From positions 352,001 to 416,000 of the forward strand of contig JBBRLQ010000003.1 in NCBI GenBank assembly GCA_038231275.1: a stretch of DNA of 64,000 nucleotides, in the 5' to 3' direction. Each line of letters starts with the position of its first letter. Position 1 is the first letter of the stretch. Made by a program: the position numbers and the translations under genes. The notes under the pieces were generated by a model that was not told where the DNA came from, ran no database searches, and saw only the letters and a program-made list of their open reading frames with translations. Source of the DNA: Polyangiales bacterium (lineage in GTDB: Bacteria > Myxococcota_A > Polyangia > Polyangiales > Polyangiaceae). Shown here one piece after another: positions 49,651 through 59,180 of this stretch.

Positions 49651-51321
49651 TCACTTCCGGAACGAGCACGTCGGCGCGTCGCTCCCGGAGGCCGCAGCGG
49701 CCTTGGAGAAATTCCAGAGCGGCGCCCAGAACGTGTCGCGCGCGACCTTCGCCGCGTCCTTCGAGTCGACGATGTACCCGAACTCGGCGAGGTCCGACGT
49801 GTAGAGGTTCTGCGAGCCAACGTAGAGCGCCTGATCGTCGATCATCAGGAATTTGGCGTGATTCGAGAAGACCTTGCCGTCGGCCCAGCGATCGGTGGCG
49901 GCGAGGCGTAGCGGCGCGACATGGAGCTTGTCGCAGAGGATTCCGATCACGTCGGCGCCGGCGGGGAACGCGTCGGTCTTCGCCTTCATGCGCGTGACCA
50001 TCTGCGCGGCCGTCTCCTCGGCGCTCCAGCCGTGGCTGTAGCTCGTCGTGAACAGCCCGCCGTCGACGTTGGAGATCACGACGTACACGTCGACGCCGCG
50101 TCCGATCGCCACCGCGAGGCGATCGAGCAGCGCGTTCGGCGGCGGCGCCACCGAGAGGTTGGTCTTGGGGATGCGCCCGCCGAGGATGTCCTCTTGCGAC
50201 ATGACGATCGACGTCTTCGCCGCGTCCACCATCGCGAGCAGCGCCGCGTCGCTGGCGTTGTCCTTCACGGCGCCGAGGCGGCCCGCCGTGATGACCGCGG
50301 TATCACCGGTGCCGTGCGTGCTGCCCTTCGGCTCGATGTGCGCAGGGCAGCCGAGGCTCGCCGGGAAGGTCTCGAGGCCGATGCCGGTCTTGTATTGCCG
50401 GCTGCACGCGACGTCCCATACTGCGTTCGCGTACCTGTGCACGGCGGCGGCGGCCGGGCCCTTGAGGCGCATCGAGAGATCGGACACCGGATCTTTGAGC
50501 TGATAGTCGGCGGTGTGCATGTTGTGGCCGCCGACGAGCGCGGTCTTGCCGTCCGATGCGACGACCTTCGAGTGGTTCCACGACGTCAGCGACGACGAGT
50601 GCTCGGCGACGTAGAGCTTGATCTTCGTGTCGGCCGGGAGATCGGCGGTGAGCTTCTTCACGAGATCGCTCGTGTGGAGCATCGCGCGCGGACCGAAGTC
50701 GGAGACGTTGCCCGACAAGATGCGAACCGTGACCTCCGCGTTGCGCGCGGCGAGGCGCGCGAGGCCGTTCTTGATGGCGGGCAGGAAGCGATCGGTGGGG
50801 AGCCACAGCGACGTGATGTCGACGAAGCTCTCGGCGTTGGCGAGCGCTTGGTACATCGCGTCCTCGAACCAGTCCGCGTAGCCCACGCAGAGCTTCTTCG
50901 GCGCGTCGCCGTCGGCCTTCACGCTCGCCGCGAAGTCGGTGCACGTGCCCGACGAGCAGGTCGCCCCCTCGCCGTCGCACGTGCGCATGAGGAAATCGGG
51001 ATCGCAGTCCGCGTCGCCGGCGGTGCAGTCGGTCTGGGTCGGCAGCGACGCGAGGCCGTCGCCCCAGACATCGGAGCCCGTCGTCGGCAAGAGCCAACCG
51101 TCCTCGAGGACGTTGCCCGTCGTCACCTCCCAGGTCTTTCCCTTGAGCGCCGCGAGCGGGTGCTGCTTCGTCAGCGCGTCGACGACGGCCTGCCCGACGT
51201 AGCTGAGCGACGGATCGCGCGCGGCGGTGACCGCGGAATCGGTGTTCGCTGTTTCGGCGGCGGAGCTGCACGCGGCGGCGAGGAGCCCGAGAGCGACGGG
51301 GGCGAGAGGGCGGAGCGTCAT
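49651..51321 (-). CDS. Phospholipase D-family lipoprotein
   Basis: Lipobox AAAC; two HKD motifs WNHSKVVASDG and NHAKFLMIDD..YVGSQNLY; true start lies inside ORF 49651..53259. Confidence 0.9.
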   Translation of the reverse strand: MTLRPLAPVALGLLAAACSSAAETANTDSAVTAARDPSLSYVGQAVVDALTKQHPLAALKGKTWEVTTGNVLEDGWLLPTTGSDVWGDGLASLPTQTDCTAGDADCDPDFLMRTCDGEGATCSSGTCTDFAASVKADGDAPKKLCVGYADWFEDAMYQALANAESFVDITSLWLPTDRFLPAIKNGLARLAARNAEVTVRILSGNVSDFGPRAMLHTSDLVKKLTADLPADTKIKLYVAEHSSSLTSWNHSKVVASDGKTALVGGHNMHTADYQLKDPVSDLSMRLKGPAAAAVHRYANAVWDVACSRQYKTGIGLETFPASLGCPAHIEPKGSTHGTGDTAVITAGRLGAVKDNASDAALLAMVDAAKTSIVMSQEDILGGRIPKTNLSVAPPPNALLDRLAVAIGRGVDVYVVISNVDGGLFTTSYSHGWSAEETAAQMVTRMKAKTDAFPAGADVIGILCDKLHVAPLRLAATDRWADGKVFSNHAKFLMIDDQALYVGSQNLYTSDLAEFGYIVDSKDAAKVARDTFWAPLWNFSKAAAASGSDAPTCSFRK

Positions 51322-51333
51322 GCTGCTTCGTGT

Positions 51334-51349
51334 AGCAGCATGTGTGCCG
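51334..51349 (-). promoter_or_regulatory. Sigma54 promoter, 12 nt before ATG
   Basis: CGGCACACATGCTGCT. Confidence 0.7.
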
Positions 51350-51494
51350 GCTCTTCCGCTCGAGATTTCTCGGTGATTCGCGCGATTCTCGGATTGGATC
51401 CCGGCGCGTCTCCGATCCAGCGCCGGTGTCATTGCGCGGAGACGCGCGCGGTTTCGTGCAGCACGACGGTCAGAATGCAGCGAGAGGAGAACGT

Positions 51495-53129
51495 TTACGG
51501 ACGGCGTCGTGCTCGGCGCGCGCCAACTGCGGCGACCGCGATCACAACGCCGAGCGCCGCGCCGTCGGAGCGCGAGCCGCCATCTGGCGATGTGTGCACA
51601 GTGCATCCTTTTGCGCCAGGAGAGCCGCTCCCGCCCCCTTGCGCGGGCGGCACCGGATCGGGACCGGCCGCGTCGAAGGCCAAGAAGACGTGGTTGGTGA
51701 TCGTGTGGATCTTCGCGCCTTCGAAGAGGACTTCGAAACGCCAGCGATCCTCCCCGGTCGCCGGCGCCTGGACGTCCTTCTCGAGGATCTGCCCCTCCGT
51801 CGTGATAGGCAGCTCGTCCTCCGCGACGCCGTTGTGCACCCATCGCCCGGTGATCGTGTGGTTGACCATGTCGAGGCCGCTGACCTTGGCCTTCAGCACC
51901 GCGGTCTTCTGCTTGAGCGCATCGCCGGGCAGCGCGTCGCCGGCGGTCAGCTCCACCATCGGATCGTTCGGCTGATCGGTCTTCACGACGACGTGTCCCT
52001 TGCGCACGCCGTCGAGGATCGCCGCGGCGCTGAGCTCGGTCGCGTAGACGAGCGTGGTCGGGCTTCCCATCGCGCTCTGGAAGCTGCCGGTCTCCTTTCC
52101 CGCGCGGTGATCGTCGCCGCCGCCGAGCCCGACGACGTGCGCGCCCTCCGCCAGGTACTTCTCCCACAGCGCGATCGTCTGCGGCTGGAACAGGAGGCCG
52201 CTGCTCGAGAGACCGCCGGTCTCGATCTCGACGGCGAAGATCTTGCTCGTGGCGACGTCGTGCTTCCACGCGCAGCCGATGCAGAGGTTGCCGAGGTCGA
52301 GCATCGGGTGGTTGATGCTGAAGATCGCCCCTTGCGCGGCGATCGCGTCGACCGAGCCGTCGATCGTCGCGCCGTCGAGTCCGATCTTGTGGTCGACCCA
52401 GCGCGTGGCGCCGATCGCGTTCGCGTGGCCTTTGTAGGTGGTGAACTCGATACCGGGAATGAACAGCAGCTTCGCGAAGCGGGACTGCGCGTCGACGATG
52501 AAGTCGTCCTGCGTGACGGTGTTGTGATCGCTGAGCTCGACGAAATCGAGGCCGCGTGACAACGCGAACGTGCCGACCTCGTCCAGTGAAGGCGTCGCGT
52601 CGCCGCTCTCTTTCGAGTGCACGTGCAGATCGCCGGCGTAGTAGCGCGCGCCGGTGGTGAGGGCGGCGGCGGGGGCGTAGGGCTTGCGCTCGGTCTGCGG
52701 CGGCAGCGTCGGCGCGGTCCGTAGCGTCACGACGATGTGGTAGACGGCCGGGGACGCGACGACCTTCGCCTTGCCGACGTCCACCTTCCAGGTGCCGGCG
52801 GCGATCGCGCCCGTCATGTACGAGCGCGACGAGGCGCTCACCCCGACGATCGCGTTCTCGGAGTTGCCGCCGCCGTAGCCGCGCCAGGAGCCGGATTGAT
52901 CGTAGAGGCCCCAATCGAGGATGTTCTGATCGCTCTCGTCGGTGTGCAGGATCTCGATCTCCTGCGTGCCCGCGGGGACCTCGAAGGGGACGTAGAAGTG
53001 ATCGGGCCCGTCGGGCGGGACGTTGCCGTCCAGGGTGAGCGTGGAGTCGGCGCGCGCCGAGCCGGCCATGACGAAGGCGCCCAGGCCGACGAGCAACGGG
53101 ACGGACATGCGGAGCGGCGCGGACTTCAT
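51495..53129 (-). CDS. CehA/McbA-like PHP metallohydrolase with MYXO-CTERM-like tail
   Basis: GDLHVHS, GLDFVELSDHN, GIEFTTYKGH, INHP, GGDDH; KGC...TM...RRARRR. Confidence 0.85.
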   Translation of the reverse strand: MKSAPLRMSVPLLVGLGAFVMAGSARADSTLTLDGNVPPDGPDHFYVPFEVPAGTQEIEILHTDESDQNILDWGLYDQSGSWRGYGGGNSENAIVGVSASSRSYMTGAIAAGTWKVDVGKAKVVASPAVYHIVVTLRTAPTLPPQTERKPYAPAAALTTGARYYAGDLHVHSKESGDATPSLDEVGTFALSRGLDFVELSDHNTVTQDDFIVDAQSRFAKLLFIPGIEFTTYKGHANAIGATRWVDHKIGLDGATIDGSVDAIAAQGAIFSINHPMLDLGNLCIGCAWKHDVATSKIFAVEIETGGLSSSGLLFQPQTIALWEKYLAEGAHVVGLGGGDDHRAGKETGSFQSAMGSPTTLVYATELSAAAILDGVRKGHVVVKTDQPNDPMVELTAGDALPGDALKQKTAVLKAKVSGLDMVNHTITGRWVHNGVAEDELPITTEGQILEKDVQAPATGEDRWRFEVLFEGAKIHTITNHVFLAFDAAGPDPVPPAQGGGSGSPGAKGCTVHTSPDGGSRSDGAALGVVIAVAAVGARRARRRP

Positions 53130-53141
53130 CACCGGAGGGTA

Positions 53142-53157
53142 TGCGCCTCTCGTGCCA
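53142..53157 (-). promoter_or_regulatory. Sigma54 promoter, 12 nt before ATG
   Basis: TGGCACGAGAGGCGCA. Confidence 0.6.
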
Positions 53158-53430
53158 TGCGTCGGTTGGACGTCGCGCGCCCCATCCTCTGGATCTTCGC
53201 GGGCTCAGCGCCTGCACGGCCCGCCCGCCAAAACATCGTGAGGAGTCTACGGCTTGCACCGGCGACCGAAGCCAAGAGTCGCACGAGAGGAGGCTACGCC
53301 CCTCGCTGGGCGCGGACGTTCTCTCTTCTAGTCCGCGGTCCCTCGCGAGGCCGACATTGGATCCGCGGCCTCCTGCGGGCGGCTGAAGGCGCGGTTGCGC
53401 GGCGGAAACTTCATGCTAGCTAGATGTAGT

Positions 53431-53742
53431 ATGAAGACGCACATTGGTGTCGCGATGATCGGGGCGGCGCTTGTTTTCTCGGGATGCGCGGCGGTTCCGG
53501 GGGCCGAACCCGTGAGCGTGACCACGCTGACGAGCGCGGAAGTCGAGGCGCCGGCGCATGCCTATTCGGCGACGCCGTCGTGGTGGGCGGAGGACCCGTG
53601 GGGGCCTTCGGTGAGCCAGCGCGTCGCTCCGCTTCCGACCGAAGATCCGTGGAGCTCGGCGCCGCCTCCTCCTCCGCCCGCGCCCGTGACGGCGTGGGGT
53701 GGCCCGTCGGGTCACGAGATCATCCTGACGCGCACGCGCTGA
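53431..53742 (+). CDS. Small Pro-rich lipoprotein
   Basis: MKTHIGVAMIGAALVFSGC; two EDPW motifs. Confidence 0.65.
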   Translation: MKTHIGVAMIGAALVFSGCAAVPGAEPVSVTTLTSAEVEAPAHAYSATPSWWAEDPWGPSVSQRVAPLPTEDPWSSAPPPPPPAPVTAWGGPSGHEIILTRTR

Positions 53743-53921
53743 CGTCGAGGCGATCACGCCGTTTCATCGCGGACGGGTGCTCTACGGAAAGGTGACGACG
53801 AGAGAGCCCGGTCGGTCGTGCCGCGTCCGAGCTGGCCGTCGGTGTTGAAGCCCCAACAGCTGGCGCGCGTGCTGACTCGTAGCTACACGGCGGTGCAGAC
53901 CGAGGTGTAGAGTTCCATACG

Positions 53922-54749
53922 ATGGGCAGCGCCGCGGACGAAGAGGACTGGCGTGCCGCCCAAGCGGTGTGGCCAGAGGTCGGCGTGACCGCGGAGGAGC
54001 TCGCCGCATTCGTCCGCGACCGTCTCGGTGACGCGAGCGCTCCAGCCGCGCACCCCGACCGCGCGGCGCGCTTGGCCGATCTCTTCCTCGCGTGCGGGTG
54101 CGCTCGTGGCGACGAAGCGGCGCTCGCGGCGTTCGAGCGCACCTACTTCGGCGAGGTCGACCGCATCGTCCGGCGCTACCGCGGTCCGGCTGCTCCAGCC
54201 CCCGATGAGGTGCGCCAGCTGCTTCGCCACAAGTTGTTCGTCACGCGGGACGGAGCCCTCCCCAAAATCGCCGACTACAGAGGCCAGGGCAGCCTGCGGA
54301 GCTGGTTCAGGGTGACGGCGAGTCGACTCGTCATGAACCTTGTCGTCCGAAAGGGCCCCGAGGTTCCGTTCGAAGGTGACGCGCTCGAATACTTGGCGGG
54401 CGCCTCCGACGCGCCCGACCTCGAGCACGCGCGGCGCGCGTACAAGGACGAGTTTCGCGCGGCGTTCGACCAGGCGTTCGGATCGCTCGCCGATCGCGAG
54501 CGATCCATCCTCCGTTACGCGTTTTGCGAGGGTCTCACGGTCGAAGCAATCGGCGCGCTCCACGGCGTCCACAAGACGACGGCCGCGCGCTGGGTCGTCG
54601 CGGCGCACCGGAAGCTCCAGGAGCACGTGCGCACGGCCATCATGGCGCGTCTACGTCTCGGCGAAGGCGAATACGCAAGCGTCATCCGGGCCCTCGGCAG
54701 CGGCCTTCAGCTCTCGCTCGATCGCTATTTGAAGCCCGCCCCGGCCTGA
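53922..54749 (+). CDS. Myxococcal ECF sigma factor (TIGR03001-like)
   Basis: DLFLACGCARGDEAALAAFE, KIADYRGQGSLRSW, IGALHGVHKTTAARW, LQLSLDRYL. Confidence 0.85.
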   Translation: MGSAADEEDWRAAQAVWPEVGVTAEELAAFVRDRLGDASAPAAHPDRAARLADLFLACGCARGDEAALAAFERTYFGEVDRIVRRYRGPAAPAPDEVRQLLRHKLFVTRDGALPKIADYRGQGSLRSWFRVTASRLVMNLVVRKGPEVPFEGDALEYLAGASDAPDLEHARRAYKDEFRAAFDQAFGSLADRERSILRYAFCEGLTVEAIGALHGVHKTTAARWVVAAHRKLQEHVRTAIMARLRLGEGEYASVIRALGSGLQLSLDRYLKPAPA

Positions 54750-54921
54750 AAAATCCGCAACCGGCGGCCTCCCCGAAAGAATCGCCTCAGGTGCGCGCTA
54801 CAAAACGCCGTCCTCGTGTCTGTACGGGCGAGAGAGCGGGGGAGCCCGGCGCCGCGGCGTGTCAGCCGTCGTATGCCCATCCGCGTGCCGTAACTACCCG
54901 CTCTCCATGAGGAGGTCTGTC

Positions 54922-55455
54922 ATGTCGAGGTCGACCGTCGGTTCGCTCGGTGGGTTCGTCGCGCGCGCGCGTTTGGGGTGGGTCGGAGGTGTGATCGCCG
55001 TCGTTGTGGTTGGGTGCAGCAGCAGCACGGAGAGCGGCTCGACCTCGAGCGGCGCGAGCGGCGGCGCCGGAGCCGGCGCGACCAATGGACCTCCGGCCGA
55101 CTGCGCCGCGCAGTGCGTCGCGCGCGCAAAGCAGTGCAACTCGGACGCGAGCCACTGCGCGTCGACGTGCGCCACCGTCTCGGCGACCCAGTACGCCTGC
55201 CTGGACAAGGCCGGATGCGACGTGGCGGCGGCGAACGCGTGCTTCAAAGGAACGCCCAGCAGCAGCAGCGGCGGAACCAGCGGCAGCAGCGGAAGCAGCA
55301 CGAACCCCTGCGCCGGGCAGCCGAACAGCCCGTCGCACGTGAAGTGCACGTGCGACGGCGCGACGTCTCTTTACTGCACGACCCTGCCGTCGAGCCAGTG
55401 GGCCACCAACTATTGCAAAAATCCCGGGTCGGGCTCGCCGTGCGTCGTGGACTGA
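54922..55455 (+). CDS. Cys-rich lipoprotein
   Basis: RBS GGAGG; lipobox VVGC; Ser/Gly linkers and Cys domains. Confidence 0.78.
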   Translation: MSRSTVGSLGGFVARARLGWVGGVIAVVVVGCSSSTESGSTSSGASGGAGAGATNGPPADCAAQCVARAKQCNSDASHCASTCATVSATQYACLDKAGCDVAAANACFKGTPSSSSGGTSGSSGSSTNPCAGQPNSPSHVKCTCDGATSLYCTTLPSSQWATNYCKNPGSGSPCVVD

Positions 55456-55471
55456 CGAGCGCCTTGGGCGG

Positions 55472-57445
55472 CTACTCGTGGGCACGCCGCGTCTGGGCTC
55501 GGAAACCGTAGGGATAGAGGAACGCAATGGCGACGATGGAGACGGCCGCGCAGAGCGGCGCGAATCGCGGCCAGATGAACGCGACCGCGACCGAGGCTGC
55601 AAGGATGGGAACGGCGATCCAGAGGAGCCGCACCACCGTCACCGCCGTCATCGCCGTCACGAACGTCGCGAGCAAGAGCGAATGCACCGCCGCCTCGCTC
55701 GTGCTCCGGCCGAGGGCGAAGGTGGCCGCGTCGGAGGCGAGGACGCCGAGGCATGCGATGCCGTAGGCGCCCGCGATTCGGCGCGTCGCCGCCGTCGCGA
55801 GCAGCGCGCGACGCGTGAGCGCAAACGCGAGAGCGAGCGCGACCGCGGCGGCGCCGTCGAAGACGAGCGCCTCGGCGACGGGAAACGCCGCACCGCTGCG
55901 GACCGTCTGGTACGCCGCGATGGGCCCCGTGATGGCCCCGATCGCCGCCATCACCAGGAGCATCCGCGAAAGCGGATTGACGATCTTGGACGTATCGGCC
56001 TCGCGCGTCGTGTGCGCGTGTGCCCGAGCGTCGTCCTGCTCGCGGCGCATTTCCTCTTCCAGCGCGCTCACGCGCTCCACGAGATCTGCGTCGGGCGCGG
56101 TGAGATCTTGCAGGAGCGCGCGCGCCGTCGTCGGGCTCCGGACGGCGACGTCCCGCTCGACGAGCCGCGTGATGCTCGCCTGGAGCTCGGCGTGCAGCGT
56201 CGTATCGTGCGGCAAGAGCCTGAGCGCCGCGGCGAAGCCGAAGCGCGCCTCGATGAGGAAGCGGAACGCGTTCGCCGACGCCGGCCCTTCCTCGGTGACC
56301 AGCTCGCGCGCGCGCCGCGTCGCTTCCCGTGCGTCGCGCGCGACGATCTCGGCGTCACGGGCAACGAAGAACTGCGTGAGCGCCAAGCGAAAGGCGTCGG
56401 CGGACGGAGGACGGTCGTCTCTCTCGCGCGCCAGCGACGCGCGGACGAGCCTCGCGAGATCAGGGGAGACGCTGTCCGGAAGCTCGGGGATGGTCCCCGC
56501 GAGCGCTTTGCCGATCGCCACCATCGCGTTCGACGCCGCGTGCGGAGCGCGCCCCGTCAAGACGTGGTGTAGCGTCGCGCCCAAGAGGAAGACGTCGGTT
56601 CGCTCGTCGATCATCATCGGGTCGCCCATGGCCATTTCCGGCGCGAGGTACCCCGGCGTGCCCACGACCCCCTGCGCCTCGTCGGCGCGATCAGCCATCC
56701 GGAGGGCCACGCCCCAGTCGAGCAGGTAGACCTCTCCGAAGCGCCCGATCATCACGTTGTCGGGCTTGAGGTCTCGATGGATGACGCCGCGGTCGTGCGC
56801 GAACGCGAGCGCGCGGCAGATCTGGGAGAGGATCTCGACGTTCGCGCGCAGTCGATCGTCGTGCCCGTGCAGGAGCGGCGTCCACGCGGGGTGCGCTTCG
56901 TCGTCGAGCAGATCCCGCCACGTCGCGCCCTCGATGCGCTTCATCGCGAGCAGCGGCGATCCGTTCGCGTCCATGCCGAGCCAATGAACCGGAACGAGGT
57001 TCGGGTGCTCGAGCGCGCCCATCGTACGTGCTTCGCGGAGCAGGCCGTTCACCACCGCGGGGTCGCTGGAGGTCGGGACCTTGAGCGCGACCTGGCGCGA
57101 CAGATCGGGCTCGTCGGCGAGGTAGACGACGCCCATCCCGCCGGCCCCGAGCGCCTCTCGGACCGTGTAGCGTCCGATGCGGCTCCCAGGGGCGAGGAAG
57201 CTCCGCCCCTGCGCTTGCATTCGCGCGACGATGGCGGTCTGCGTCCCATCGCCCCCGCTGTCAAAAGGCGACGGCTCGAGGAACGTCCGCGCGAACCCGG
57301 CGGCGAGCTGATGACACTCCTGGCATCCGTCGAGGTGCCAGCGGACTCGGTCGGCGTCGCCCGGCGCGAGGTCGCCGTCGATGAAGGCGGCGAGCGCGCC
57401 GTCGTCGATGCAAGGACCGACGGACAGGGACTCGCGCAGCGCCAT
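55472..57445 (-). CDS. Ser/Thr kinase with N-terminal anti-sigma-type zinc finger and C-terminal TM domain
   Basis: HLDGCQEC (HxxxCxxC); LGAGGMGVVY, HRDLKPDN, DWG, GTPGYLAPE; several C-terminal TM helices. Confidence 0.9.
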   Translation of the reverse strand: MALRESLSVGPCIDDGALAAFIDGDLAPGDADRVRWHLDGCQECHQLAAGFARTFLEPSPFDSGGDGTQTAIVARMQAQGRSFLAPGSRIGRYTVREALGAGGMGVVYLADEPDLSRQVALKVPTSSDPAVVNGLLREARTMGALEHPNLVPVHWLGMDANGSPLLAMKRIEGATWRDLLDDEAHPAWTPLLHGHDDRLRANVEILSQICRALAFAHDRGVIHRDLKPDNVMIGRFGEVYLLDWGVALRMADRADEAQGVVGTPGYLAPEMAMGDPMMIDERTDVFLLGATLHHVLTGRAPHAASNAMVAIGKALAGTIPELPDSVSPDLARLVRASLARERDDRPPSADAFRLALTQFFVARDAEIVARDAREATRRARELVTEEGPASANAFRFLIEARFGFAAALRLLPHDTTLHAELQASITRLVERDVAVRSPTTARALLQDLTAPDADLVERVSALEEEMRREQDDARAHAHTTREADTSKIVNPLSRMLLVMAAIGAITGPIAAYQTVRSGAAFPVAEALVFDGAAAVALALAFALTRRALLATAATRRIAGAYGIACLGVLASDAATFALGRSTSEAAVHSLLLATFVTAMTAVTVVRLLWIAVPILAASVAVAFIWPRFAPLCAAVSIVAIAFLYPYGFRAQTRRAHE

Positions 57446-57564
57446 GCGCGTGAGTGTACACCCCGCACCGCGTCGCCCTGACGCGGGCGTCGGGCGAGCG
57501 GGAACGGCAGCAGTGGATCCAAATCCCACCGGCGGCTGCGCCAAAGTCAAATCAAGCCATGGCG

Positions 57565-57577
57565 TAAATTACTGATA
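57565..57577 (-). promoter_or_regulatory. IHF site
   Basis: Minus strand reads TATCAG-TAAT-TTA, upstream of a sigma54 promoter. Confidence 0.5.
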
Positions 57578-57604
57578 ACACAAGAGTTGTACAATGTAGG
57601 ACAT

Positions 57605-57620
57605 TGGCACACCTGCTGCA
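57605..57620 (+). promoter_or_regulatory. Sigma54 promoter, 11 nt before ATG
   Basis: TGGCACACCTGCTGCA. Confidence 0.7.
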
Positions 57621-57631
57621 CCTCCTCCCGC

Positions 57632-59134
57632 ATGCTGACCCGCTCCGTTGCCCTCTCGGTCCTCGTCCTTGGCGTGGGTTGTTCGGCGGCGCCGGTCGCA
57701 AGTGAAACGCAGCGGTCCGCCGAAACCCGCGTCGCCGCGGCGGGTGCGCCTCTCGTCGAGTGCTGGCTCGAGGCCGACGACGTCAACCATCGCGACATGG
57801 TCGCGTGCGGCATGACGCCGAGCGCGCTCACGCTGCCCGTGAAGGTGAGCGCGCTGTCGGTGCGCAACGAGAACGGGTGGGGTGCTGACGTACCGCTCGA
57901 CCCCGCGGCGTCGGCGCGCATCGTGGAGTACGATCCGGCCAAGCTGATGCTCGCGTCGATCACCTGGGACGCCAGCGGCGTCGCGGGGCTCGCGGGGCTG
58001 ACCCAGCTGCACATCCCCGTGGTCGTTGGCGCCGGCGCGCGCGGCCGCGCGAAGGCACAGAGCGCCCGACTGCCGTTCGAGATCTGGCGCGTCGCCATCG
58101 TGGGCCACGCCGCGATGACCGGCGCGACGCTCGACGACATGTCGATCGCGTACACCGACCAGTTCGACCAATCATCGACGTACGCGGTCTCGCACGCGGT
58201 GCTTGCGGACGTCGGCGTCGGCGCCACGCAGTCGGTGTTCGTCGCCGCAGCGACGCACGGCACCGTGACGGGAACGGCCTCGTTCGGCGACACGACCGCG
58301 CCGTTCACGCTGAACGGTCCAGGCACCTACTTCGTAGAGTCGACGGGCCTCACGCGCGCCGCCGAGGACCCCGGCGCTCCGGCCGCGTGGTCGTGCTTCG
58401 TGCAGGGCACGGACAAACTCCAACTCGCCTGCCGTCTCGAAGCCGCCGAAGGGCTGTCGCTCCAGGTGGCCACCCTCAACCTCACCCTCGCCACCGGCGA
58501 AGCCAAGCGCGCCCTCGTCATCTACGACGGGAACAAGCGCGCGTACGAGCGTGCAGACACGGCCGGCATGACCACGCTGACGGATCCGACCGCGCTCGTG
58601 GTCGCAGACCTCGAGGCCAGCGCGTTCCCGCTCACCGTGAACCTCGAGGTTTCGCTCACCGGCAACCCCGGCGGCGGGCGTAGCAACTACGCGGGCGAGA
58701 TCTTGGGGCTCGGTAGCTTGGGCAGCCCCGACCCGTTCACGGTGAAACCCCTCAAGGGGAGCTTCACCGCGCAGAGCCCGACCGACATAACGAGCGACGT
58801 CCCGTACACGCTCCGCATGCCGTTCCGCCTGTGGCCGTTGACCTTCTCGACCACGGCGTCGTTCTTCACCTTCACGCTCGACGGATACACCGTCACCGCC
58901 GGCGCGGACTGGGACGTCGCCAAGAAGGGTGACCCGGTCTCCATTCCCGCGGGCCTCCTGCCGCCGCTGACGCCTGCCGCGTCCGCCACCACCTACTACG
59001 TGGCCGTCGACGCGAACGTCGTCTCTCTGAAGGGCACCTCGCGGTTCGGAGGGAACGACGAGAAGCCGTTCACGATCCCGGGCCCCGGCGCCTACGTCGC
59101 GCAGCCCGACGGGCTCCACGCCGCCGCGAACTGA
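57632..59134 (+). CDS. Lipoprotein made of two tandem ~240-aa beta-rich repeats
   Basis: Lipobox GVGC; RLPFEIW/RMPFRLW and PFTLNGPGTY/PFTIPGPGAY duplicated. Confidence 0.8.
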   Translation: MLTRSVALSVLVLGVGCSAAPVASETQRSAETRVAAAGAPLVECWLEADDVNHRDMVACGMTPSALTLPVKVSALSVRNENGWGADVPLDPAASARIVEYDPAKLMLASITWDASGVAGLAGLTQLHIPVVVGAGARGRAKAQSARLPFEIWRVAIVGHAAMTGATLDDMSIAYTDQFDQSSTYAVSHAVLADVGVGATQSVFVAAATHGTVTGTASFGDTTAPFTLNGPGTYFVESTGLTRAAEDPGAPAAWSCFVQGTDKLQLACRLEAAEGLSLQVATLNLTLATGEAKRALVIYDGNKRAYERADTAGMTTLTDPTALVVADLEASAFPLTVNLEVSLTGNPGGGRSNYAGEILGLGSLGSPDPFTVKPLKGSFTAQSPTDITSDVPYTLRMPFRLWPLTFSTTASFFTFTLDGYTVTAGADWDVAKKGDPVSIPAGLLPPLTPAASATTYYVAVDANVVSLKGTSRFGGNDEKPFTIPGPGAYVAQPDGLHAAAN

Positions 59135-59180
59135 GCCACGTCGAGATCACGAATTCGACCGAGATGGTAGAGTGCGTGGT

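Noticed and set aside
51322-53259. N-terminal ~646 aa of the 1202-aa ORF 49651..53259, suggesting a giant PLD fusion
   Set aside because: Arg-rich out-of-frame shadow of the PHP hydrolase gene; the real PLD starts at 51321 with its own lipobox and promoter
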